Source: Balneolaceae bacterium
GTDB taxonomy: Bacteria; Bacteroidota; Rhodothermia; Balneolales; Balneolaceae
Length of the DNA: 64,000 nt
Assembly: GCA_034521835.1 (NCBI GenBank)
Contig: JAXHMA010000010.1
Span: 194,301 to 258,300 of the forward strand
Direction of reading: 5' to 3'
Made by a program: the position numbers and the translations under genes. Each line of letters opens with the position of its first letter. Within the stretch, counting starts at the first letter, position 1. The notes under the pieces are model-generated. The model made no database searches, had not been told where the DNA came from, and saw nothing but the letters and a program-made list of their open reading frames with translations. Shown here one piece after another: positions 21,415 to 30,456 of this stretch.

Positions 21415-22485
21415 TTAATCGGGCACGCTGAATGTTTTTAGCATGCCCTTTTCAGCGGGATCAGGAACTTCGGCAATCCAGGCGTATTCTCCTGGTTCAA
21501 GATCTACTTCCAGGTAAGCCGTACTGCCGCCCACCATCTGCATGCTGCCGCCCAAAAATGTAGCGCCAGCAGGAGCTTCCACAAGTAATCCCTCTTCTTT
21601 GGTCCAGTCCATCCAGGTGGCAACCTCATCCAGCAGCCCCTGGTCATAATTCTCTTCCAGACGTACCAGATGGGCATTATGTCCAAGCAGGTGCGCATAA
21701 GCAGTCTGATCTCCAAAATTTATAGCTACCGTTTGCTCACCCTCTTCTATCTTATCCGGTACATCCAGGCCAGACTGCGCAATCATTATCTCCATGGTTG
21801 AACCTGGTTCTTCTTCTCCTGATGACTCTTCTTTGACGGTGAAGAGCTCCAGCATACCGTTGTAAGTGTGGAATTCCTGGTTCTCATCTTTTACGTAGCA
21901 TTCTGCGATGTATGTGCCCGGCTGCAGGTTCACAGTAGTTTGAGATGTCTGATCTGTAGATGTAAATCCCGGTCCACCCATAGGCACAGTTCCGGGATCC
22001 AGATACCATGGCGCCGTCTGAGAGATGGCTCCAATCAGGTTGTTCACAAATTGCTGATAGGTAATTTCCCCGGATATATAGGGATTAAATTCTTCCTGGA
22101 AAGGGACCGTTACCGTTTCATACAAGTGGTCTCGCAATGGTTGGCCGGCCGCCTGGGCAGCGTCTATCGCCTCTTGAGGCATCTTTATTATATTAAAGAA
22201 ATGTAGACTATGCGTCTCATTTACAAAACGGAAGGTGGTCCACCCGTAAGCCAACTCCTTTTTGCTCATCTCATAAATATGTTTATTCAGCTCATGATCA
22301 TGATCGGCCTTTATCTCTACAACTTCTCTTTCAGATGACACCGGATCGTGCAGATCTGTGCATGATCCAGCTAAGAATATGAGCGGTACAATTAACAGTC
22401 CAGCAATTTTCTGCAGGGGATTTTTCATGTTATTCGATTCCATATCTACTCCGTTTTTTGGGTGATGAATGTAAGTCATTCCCAT
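21415..22485 (-). CDS. Lipoprotein with two cupredoxin-like repeats
   Basis: Lipobox FLAGSC; repeats ending LQPGTYIAECYV...FH..NGM and LEPGEYAWI...KGM. Confidence 0.65.
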   Translation of the reverse strand: MGMTYIHHPKNGVDMESNNMKNPLQKIAGLLIVPLIFLAGSCTDLHDPVSSEREVVEIKADHDHELNKHIYEMSKKELAYGWTTFRFVNETHSLHFFNIIKMPQEAIDAAQAAGQPLRDHLYETVTVPFQEEFNPYISGEITYQQFVNNLIGAISQTAPWYLDPGTVPMGGPGFTSTDQTSQTTVNLQPGTYIAECYVKDENQEFHTYNGMLELFTVKEESSGEEEPGSTMEIMIAQSGLDVPDKIEEGEQTVAINFGDQTAYAHLLGHNAHLVRLEENYDQGLLDEVATWMDWTKEEGLLVEAPAGATFLGGSMQMVGGSTAYLEVDLEPGEYAWIAEVPDPAEKGMLKTFSVPD

Positions 22486-22519
22486 TATAAGGAGGGCCCC
22501 TTTTTGCCTCCGTTTTTCC

Positions 22520-22538
22520 TCTTAGAGTATTTCTAAGA
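22520..22538. promoter_or_regulatory. Palindromic operator candidate TCTTAGA-N5-TCTAAGA (copy 2)
   Basis: (C)TCTTAGA-GTATT-TCTAAGA(G), 35 bp upstream of the lipoprotein ORF. Confidence 0.55.
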
Positions 22539-22640
22539 GCTTATTTTTCATCAATTTATTCTATTAAATTTAGAATACTCGTATCTGCCGATCTGCAAAA
22601 AGAAGAGGAAGACGATGACCACGCTTTTTTGAGCGGCCCC

Positions 22641-22790
22641 AAAAGATTGGCTGTATTTGTTAACCTCGTTCTTGCCAGAGCACGGGAATACTTCATCCTT
22701 TTAAGTGGTATTCAGCCCTGAATGTGATCTCCAGAACTTCAGTACGATTTCGATAAGACCATTTCGGAAATAACCCTGCAGCTTCATCTT
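22641..22790 (+). pseudogene. Decayed TolB-like domain remnant, paralogous to the 7752..10127 regulator
   Basis: Across three frames KRLAVFVNL..EYF..LLSGI / ALNVISRTSV / DKTISEITLQL, colinear with RSVAVLPF..DYF..LAQV.DLSVISRTSV..KSLREIADEL. Confidence 0.6.
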
Positions 22791-23131
22791 GAAATTGGAT
22801 ATACAAGAGTCAAAAATGAAGCATATAAATGTTTTAAAATGACTCGCAGCTCTCTGCCTGTAATTTCCAGCGGATGTTATCGGCTCTGAATCTTTTTTCA
22901 AATGTGGAGTAAGAGTACGTAAAAATCGCCCCTGCAATACAAACAACCAAACCCGGAAAAGAAACGACAGGCTCAACTCTCCCAGCAAGATCGAAGCCTA
23001 TAGGCTGTAGTATATGCAAGGCCTGAGTCATTTTTGAAAAGCGAATGGGAAAGGATACCCTGCAAGGCCGGAATATTTTCAGCAGACTGCCAGCGCAAAA
23101 GAGTCGATTTCTGGCAAGAATAATAAGCAGG

Positions 23132-23591
23132 CTAATTTTTATTGAGCTTGTCGTGGGGGCGTTGAAGGTCGTCTGGGAGATCTTCTTCGGTTTCACGCAG
23201 TTTTTCCAGGTAGCCGGCTCGTCTCTTCACACCGCTCTTTATTCCATAATAGGCACCGAGATACACCGCAAAAATATTGGTAAGGGTAAACACCATATGT
23301 GCTTCAGCAAGGGCTGTCTCTTTGGTGTAGATCCACACCAGGGTGGGAAGTACGAGCAGCGTTGCCATCAGATAGCTGATCCAGGAGGGGTGCTTGAGCT
23401 TTTTGGTATACCGGCGATTCATACCGTAGCTCATGTTCACAAATACAGAGTCCAAATCCAAACAGGGCGACATAGCCTATCCATCCGGGTCTGTTTACAT
23501 AGATCAGAAGACCGTTCGTAAAAATGATAAACAACAGACCAAAAACCACGGATCCTGAAACGTAGGCGAATGTTCGTTGCCAGCTTTCCAT
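23132..23591 (-). CDS. Hypothetical membrane protein (one indel)
   Basis: Overlapping ORFs 23304..23591 and 23132..23473 with about 4 hydrophobic segments. Confidence 0.6.
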
Positions 23592-23674
23592 AAAATTAAA
23601 TTAGCTATCAGTTGATTAGGATGTATCCTCAAAATAATAAACAGGAAGGGAAAACGATGACTCTTTTTTACTGA

Positions 23675-25051
23675 TCAGTTGCTCTTATATTTTAGAAAAA
23701 CTATTTCTCTATTTATTGGCCAGCCAGGCTTCAGGATTGAGATTTTGGTTGCCTCTCGCACCATAAAAAAGACTGACTCTCCCCGTGCTGAGTTTTGATC
23801 TCCCGAAAGGCCGATGGCATCACCCGCTTCGAGTATAGCATTTTTACGTACCATCACTTCGCTTAAATTGCCATAAGCAGTAATATATTTGCCGTGCTTT
23901 ACGATGACCACATCTCCATAATTGGGCAAGGGCTGTACAGCTACTACGTAGCCGGCGTGAACCACCCGAACCACATCTTTAGGCTTGGTGACAATCTCTA
24001 CCCCCAGGTTCTCCGTTACCGTACCGTAGACCGGGTGACGGCGACGACCGAAATGCTCTGAAATAGTACTGCTTTCCACCGGCCATCGCAGCTGTCCTTT
24101 CTGCTTGGCAAAAGACTGCTCCAGGTTATTGAGCCGTTCTTCATTGATATAATCTTCGCGCTCAATCGGTTCAGAATACTTGGCCACCTCTTTGGCCCGT
24201 TCCGCATCGTTCTCGATAGACTTAGCCGCCGCCAGCTTCCTTTTTCGTTCGGCCTCTAATTTTTCAATCCGTTCTTCCATCGCTTTACGGACCCGCTCCT
24301 CCTCCATGATCAACGACGTAAGCGTTTCATCCAACTTCTGTTTCTGGTCTCGTATTTCGGCCAGCCGATTTTGAATCTGCTCGCGGTTGCTGCGCAGCTT
24401 CTTTACGTTGGATTCCTGCTGTTCTTTCTTGGCAGCCAGTTCTCTTTTTTCAGCTCGAATCTCTGCCAGCACGGATTTATTCTTTTCACGTGCCTCCTGC
24501 AGCTGCTTGCGCGATTGCTCCAGATTAGCGGTGGTCTGCTTTATTTGCTGTGCCTGCTCCTGGCGATGCTCCTCAAACTTGTTGAGATAAAACGCGCGCA
24601 CCAGCATCTGGTTTACCGATTCCGACGACATGATCAACGCGAGGCGGGAGGTGCGACCATGCTTGTATACATAGGAAAGCGTTTCCTTATAGTTTTCTAT
24701 CAGCTTGTTCAGCTTCTCTTTGTTCTGTTCAATCTCATTTCCCGTAATAGAAATCTCTTCCCGAATGTGAGACAGCTCGGTTTCCAGCTTTGAAATTTTT
24801 TGATCCTGCAGGGCGATCAGGCGCTGCAGGTCTTCATACTTGGAATAGAGCTCATCATATTTTTCCTCAGCCTGCACCACACGATTTTCAAACTCATCAA
24901 TACGGGCGTTGATCTCCTGGATTTCAGCCCGGGTAGCTTCCTGCTTTTTAATCAACTGCTGACGTTGCTCCTTATACTGCTCGACCTGGCTGAATCCCCT
25001 GAACGGGATGCTCAGCAAAAAAAGAAACAATATGAGAATAGTGCGTTTCAT
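23675..25051 (-). CDS. envC: Murein hydrolase activator EnvC family (coiled coil + degenerate M23); C-terminus probably frameshifted
   Basis: Signal peptide, long coiled coil, KGQLRWPV, YGDVVIVKHGKYITAYGNL. Confidence 0.8.
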   Translation of the reverse strand: MKRTILILFLFLLSIPFRGFSQVEQYKEQRQQLIKKQEATRAEIQEINARIDEFENRVVQAEEKYDELYSKYEDLQRLIALQDQKISKLETELSHIREEISITGNEIEQNKEKLNKLIENYKETLSYVYKHGRTSRLALIMSSESVNQMLVRAFYLNKFEEHRQEQAQQIKQTTANLEQSRKQLQEAREKNKSVLAEIRAEKRELAAKKEQQESNVKKLRSNREQIQNRLAEIRDQKQKLDETLTSLIMEEERVRKAMEERIEKLEAERKRKLAAAKSIENDAERAKEVAKYSEPIEREDYINEERLNNLEQSFAKQKGQLRWPVESSTISEHFGRRRHPVYGTVTENLGVEIVTKPKDVVRVVHAGYVVAVQPLPNYGDVVIVKHGKYITAYGNLSEVMVRKNAILEAGDAIGLSGDQNSARGESVFFMVREATKISILKPGWPINREIVFLKYKSN

Positions 25052-25830
25052 TGGGTTACAAATTTTACATCATTTGGAAGATCAATTTCAAGATCCAGGT
25101 TGCCGGGATTTACCTCCAGCGACTGGATCAACAGCGCCACCTTTGATTGTGCATCAGCACTGAAGATAGTAACTCTTCGCGGAAGATTGAATCCCCCGAT
25201 AGAACCGTAGGCCTCATAAATTATGCGTGAATAGGGCAGTCCTGTACTTCGGGGCTGATCCACTCGTCGCACGTTAAAGCCATTTTTGTCCACAAACACC
25301 TCCGCGCCGGTCTCCAGCAACAGCAGGTAGCGGTCTTGTGATTCATACACATTTTTTACTCGGTCAGCCTGGGGAACAAAATTCATCATTTTCAAAATAT
25401 TAACCGAGGCCAAGTGCTGAACGCTGGTCATTTGATCATCGCGCACCGATATTCTGTGGGCTATTTTATCTACCTTATTGTAGACCAGCAGGGAATCGCC
25501 CTCTGATAGAATCTGCCCCCCTTCAATGCCGAGAGTATTTTTAATAGTCACCAGGCTTTTCTGCCGATTACCCGAAAAATAGACCGTGACCCGCTCCGTG
25601 TTACCTGGTTCGCTAACAATCGCCTTGCCCTTGCCCTCAATGGTTTTCAGCGATAAGCTGTAGTCCGGAATAGCAGAGAGAATAGAGTCCGCACTGATTG
25701 AGGCGCGCCTGAACTCCTGGTCTTCATCCACCGTGGCGATACGCGGCGAGGAACAGGCCGCAGCAAGCACGGAGATCAGAGAGTAAAAAATAGAATTCGG
25801 GTATGCACAACGGTATGCTTTATTGTACAA
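25048..25830 (-). CDS. DUF4292-like lipoprotein
   Basis: Lipobox LAAAC; LGIEGG..DSLLVYNK; position between TPR and envC genes is typical of the FCB group. Confidence 0.7.
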   Translation of the reverse strand: MYNKAYRCAYPNSIFYSLISVLAAACSSPRIATVDEDQEFRRASISADSILSAIPDYSLSLKTIEGKGKAIVSEPGNTERVTVYFSGNRQKSLVTIKNTLGIEGGQILSEGDSLLVYNKVDKIAHRISVRDDQMTSVQHLASVNILKMMNFVPQADRVKNVYESQDRYLLLLETGAEVFVDKNGFNVRRVDQPRSTGLPYSRIIYEAYGSIGGFNLPRRVTIFSADAQSKVALLIQSLEVNPGNLDLEIDLPNDVKFVTQ

Positions 25831-25832
25831 TT

Positions 25833-27517
25833 TTATCTTTCAGATGAGAACGGGAGCTGTCTTTTTCGAAGCGCTTTCTTCCACCATTCTTTGGCACTGT
25901 CGAGGTTGCCCAGCTCCTGCATCACATCGCCCATATGCTCCAGCACTTCTGCACTCGCGCTGCCGGTGTCGATGGAGGCCTTAATATATTTTTGGGCCTT
26001 TTCGTATTCCCCTTTTATAATACACCCATCCCACCGTATCGAGGTAGGAGGGATTATCGGGAACCTGTTCAATCGCTTTGAGTGCCATCTTCTCTGCTTT
26101 TTCAAGTTGTTCATCACGCTCGGAAAGATAGTATGCATAGTTATTAAGCACATTGTGATTCTGCGGGTCCAGCGAAGGGCCTGCTCGTAGGATTTTTTTG
26201 CATCCTCCCATTGGTCCAGGGCCGAATAGGCATCGCCCATTGAGCCAAAGATAGCCGACTTGAACGGTTTGCGCGAGGGCGTCTGGGAGGCTTTTTCGAA
26301 CCAGTTTAAGGACTCCTGCTGCCGGCCTGTTGCCAGGTAAGCGTTGCCGATAAAGTAGAGTATAAAAGGATCCTGGAAGATATTCATCCGCTTTTTTACC
26401 CGCTTCGATAACCTCGGTATATCTACCCTCGGCCAGTAAAAGCTGCATGCGCTGCCGCCAGGCCATGTCGTTGCGCGGGGCCAGCTCGTTCGTTTTGGCC
26501 AGGGCTTTCAACGCTTCAGTGTTGTTATTTTCATTCAGGTAATAATCTGCAGCAAGAGCATATGCAGGGCCATATTCCGGAGCCGTTTCCGTAAATTTCG
26601 TGAGCATATTTTCCAGCGCCAGTTTTAAGTGTTTGTTATTGGGCTCCTGCTGGTAGCGCGAAAACAGGTACTGGGTGACATCCAGCTTTGCCTCTTTGTT
26701 GACGATGGGATCGGACACTACATTTCCCAGCAGTGTACCCACGCTGTCCCATTGGGCTTCCTCCACATAGATATCGGCCAGCATCACCAGTGTTTTGGGG
26801 TTGCGCTGGTTTTTGTCAAGTGCCTCCCGCAGCATCTGTTTGGCATCATCGGTTTGGTCTACCTCAAGATAATAATTGCTGAGCATATGCAGCGTAGAAA
26901 GATTATCGGGATCCAGCCCGCGTATTTTCTTCAGCTGCACGATGGCCGAATCCCGCATATCCAGGTCGTTGAAATTTTTGCAGTTTCTGCAGGTATATAC
27001 CGATATCCGGCCCAGTCTTGTTGAGCAGTTGAGTGTATATTTTATTTGATTCCAGGTACTGCTCATGCTGGGAATAGACATTCGCCAGCTCTGACATCAC
27101 ATCAGTGGCATTGGGATGATACTTTAACGCCAGTTTCAGCTGATCGATGGTGGCTTGATTTCGCCCGGCCCGGCGGTAAATGTTCGCCAGCTGCAGGTGA
27201 TACCATTTGTTTTGCGGTTCCAGCTCGGCTGCTTTCTTGCCGTAATACGCCGCATTTGAAAGGTCATCAATCGCCAGGTAAGCATCAGCCAGGGCATAGT
27301 TAACGCCCGCATGTTTGGGCAAATCCATATAAGCAGTGGAAAGATGATCGAGTGCGCGCTCGTAATTTTCGTTCTCAAACTCTTCTAGCCCCTTGATATA
27401 TGCTGCATGGGCCTTCCCCTCACTATTAGCTGAAGAACTGGTGCTATCTTGTGCCTGCAGAGCCAAGGGTAAAACGAGACAAAGCACAAGTAACAGGGAT
27501 GATTTTTTTCGAAACAT
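25833..27517 (-). CDS. Tetratricopeptide-repeat exported protein, frameshifted
   Basis: TPR helices, VLNNYAYYLSE, YLDTVGWVY, EVLEHMGD across three ORFs. Confidence 0.85.
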
Positions 27518-27687
27518 AAACGTAAATCAAATTATTGCTACAAAAACAGGTAATACAACGGAATTGTGAGACTAATAGTACAACTTACAGCGATGGAAAT
27601 CTAGCTGCTGCTGTCGATATCTCTTGCCACTCTCTCAGAAGAAAATATTGTAGGATTTATCTCCCCGAAACATGACTTCCTCCGCGT

Positions 27688-28431
27688 TCAGGATATCGCC
27701 TTTCTCCAGGTGTTCAGCTTATCAAATGCGTGCATCATGCGGGCCCCGTACCAGCTAAACCATTCGCCCTCTACGGTAAGAACCCGCGTATCCGGAAGAT
27801 GTTCTTTAACCTCATCCACATGCTTTTCTTTAAAGGGAAACGGCTCACTGCTGAGCAGTACCAGCTGCGGCTTTCGTTGCTTGATGCTATCAAGTTTTAT
27901 TTTAGGATAGCGCTGCTTCTCCTCAAATACATTTTCCAGGTTCCAGTGACTCATTACGTCATGGATATAGGTATCAGATCCCACCGTCATCCAGGGATCG
28001 CGCCAGATCAGATAGGCCGTTCGAATGGATGGTTCTTCCGGTCGCTGTTTCAGCAGCCGGGTCACTCCTGAGGTTAAATCTTTCGCTTTCTCGTCCCTGT
28101 CGAAAATCTTTCCGAGCCGGTGAATCGCGATCAGGGCGTCTTCGATGGTGGCGATCTGGGTCAGATGCACATGAAAATGATGTTCGAGCTTCTCAATATC
28201 TTCCTTGCGATTCTCCTCTTTGTTGGCCAGGATGAAATCAGGGTTCACCTCACAGATGGTATTAAACCGCGGATTTTTGGTCCCGCCGATGATCGGAATA
28301 TCCTCGACATCGGGCTCCGGATGAATGCAGAAACGAGTACGCCCTGCCAAACGATCTTTGAGTCCAAAGTAAAACAGCAGCTCCGTAAGGCTAGGAACAA
28401 GGCTGATGATGCGATTATAGGTATCGGCCAT
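27688..28431 (-). CDS. Helical-backbone metal/cobalamin-binding protein (BtuF-like)
   Basis: RIISLVPSLTELL, GRTRFCIHP, GGTKNP, ANKEEN, LSSEPFPF, GEWFSWYG. Confidence 0.85.
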   Translation of the reverse strand: MADTYNRIISLVPSLTELLFYFGLKDRLAGRTRFCIHPEPDVEDIPIIGGTKNPRFNTICEVNPDFILANKEENRKEDIEKLEHHFHVHLTQIATIEDALIAIHRLGKIFDRDEKAKDLTSGVTRLLKQRPEEPSIRTAYLIWRDPWMTVGSDTYIHDVMSHWNLENVFEEKQRYPKIKLDSIKQRKPQLVLLSSEPFPFKEKHVDEVKEHLPDTRVLTVEGEWFSWYGARMMHAFDKLNTWRKAIS

Positions 28432-28643
28432 AATGTATTTCTGGTTCGATTGTTTAACGTCTTCTCATCCCGAACATAAACAAGGGTCTCGCAAGTATTG
28501 TGTAGCGTATATTTTTGACGTCAGATCAACCACATAACTCTTTTGGTGTTTCTGAGTAAAATAGTTCAAGACCGATTTCGGATAGAAAATTTTCAGATCC
28601 TTTTTAATCATAAAACATTAATCGATATTTAGAATACTTGCTC

Positions 28644-29508
28644 CTAAAACCGCCGCACAATTGACTCTACTTGTCGCCCGTAATGGCCTCCAAACAGGTT
28701 AGTGTGTACCAACAGTGGATATAGATTATAAATATCTTTTCGGCTACTGAAACCCGATGCCAACGGCCATACCTCCTCATAGGCACGGTAAAAATCGGAC
28801 GAAAATCCGCCGAACATATGGGTAAAGGCCAGCTCAATTTCTCTGTGACCATAATATACAGCAGGATCATAGATCACCGCTTTTCCCTGGGTGTTGAAAA
28901 AGTAATTGCCGCCCAGAGATCTCCATGTAACAAACTGGGGGGCTCTTCGGGAAAATATCGGGCAGCTGCTGGTACATGTTTTCAAATAACGAACGCGTAC
29001 TGGATGAGAGCTCCCCACTGTCGAGCGCCATCTTCAACTGGGGCTCCATCCTTTGCTGGATGAAGAAATCGACCCAGTTTTCCTGCCAGTTGTTGGACTG
29101 CGGCAGCTTGCCGATGTAATTGTCATGATTCAGCCCGAATCGCTCTTCTGTAACCTTGTGCTGGGCAGCCAGCTCTCTTCCAAAATCCTCCGCCGAGGAA
29201 GAACCTGCACTGCCTTCTTCAATATATTCCAGCAACAAATACCCGATGTGTCCATCATAGGCGCCCTGATCGATTACCTCGGGCACTAAAAGATCAGTGC
29301 CCGCCGAGGCCAGCAGGTCAAGCCCTTTCACCTCCTTCACAAACAGGTCCGAATCAGTAGTGGGGTTCCATTTTAAAAAACAGGGGCCGGCATCTTCCAG
29401 TTCAATCAGCGCCGCCTGGTTGATACTGCCGCCCGAGGCGCGTTTCGTTGATACGATAGCCTGCCCGCTATGCTCTTGAATGTGCGATATAAGTTGATCT
29501 GGAATCAT
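28644..29508 (-). CDS. Fructosamine kinase family protein (one indel)
   Basis: SGGSIN, FLKWN, DNYIGKLPQ, W..FF..QR, IYDPAVYYGHREIELA, YNLYPLLVH.NLFG. Confidence 0.9.
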
Positions 29509-29586
29509 TATTTAGTGTTGGATGGTGAGTTTTAAAACTAGAACATCAGAATAGTAGGGCCGGTATTTTTCTACTTTGTTTGCCAT

Positions 29587-30105
29587 TTATTCCTCTTCTA
29601 TTTGCTGCTCAAGCTCATCCAGCAGCGATTCACAGCTGCGTTTCACCACTTGGAAGACATTTTCGAATCCCTGCTTGCCGCCGTAATAGGGATCGGGAAC
29701 GGCGCCATCTCCGGGCTGGGGATCGAAATCGCGCATCAGGCCGATTTTTTCGCTGAATCGGTTTTTACGATCCAGGTTTTTAACATTTTGCAGGTTATCA
29801 TGGTCCATCGCCAGAACCAGATCAAAATACTCCAGGTCGCCGTATTCGAATTTTCGTGACTTTGAGTGAAGCTGCACGCCATGTTTATTCGCTATTTGCT
29901 GGCTCTTGCTGTTGGCCGATTCCCCAACATGATACGCAGAGGTGCCGGCCGAATCGACCTCAAAATACGATTGGTATCCCCGCTCATTTACCAAGTGCTG
30001 AAAAATACCCTCTGCTGTAGGACTCCGGCAAATATTGCCCAGGCAAACAAAACAGAGCTTGTATGGATATTCCTTTGTGATCTTTTTTTGAAGCGCTTGT
30101 TCCAT
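29587..30105 (-). CDS. Low molecular weight protein-tyrosine phosphatase
   Basis: FVCLGNICRSP, DSAGT, VPDPYYG. Confidence 0.95.
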   Translation of the reverse strand: MEQALQKKITKEYPYKLCFVCLGNICRSPTAEGIFQHLVNERGYQSYFEVDSAGTSAYHVGESANSKSQQIANKHGVQLHSKSRKFEYGDLEYFDLVLAMDHDNLQNVKNLDRKNRFSEKIGLMRDFDPQPGDGAVPDPYYGGKQGFENVFQVVKRSCESLLDELEQQIEEE

Positions 30106-30456
30106 CTTTCCAGTGTTAAATATTGAGTTATCAAAAGTTACATTGTTGTGCGGGACACTGTAAATAATACAGAGCTACAGACTCGAAAAAATCAGGCCTG
30201 AATCAAATATTTAAAAAGGATCTATCGACTCATCCGTTCAGTTGGTTTGATAATTTCCCCCTCATACTCTTTTATTTCTGCTCGGTCTATGAATTTTTAG
30301 AGTGAAATAATATGAACAGATCATTCAAAACTTGTATCTTAAGCGCTATTTTCGGTCGCAGGTTATGCATAAGGCATAACACTCCACACCGAAAGTAGCG
30401 TTAAAGTTTGTATATTTTAGGTTTTAATAAAATAACAGTCGACTTAAATCGACCTT

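Noticed and set aside
23675-24100. M23 domain lacking zinc ligands as a novelty
   Set aside because: A degenerate LytM domain is the normal state of EnvC-family activators
30126-30456. T-box leader upstream of ileS
   Set aside because: No T-box consensus or terminator hairpin visible
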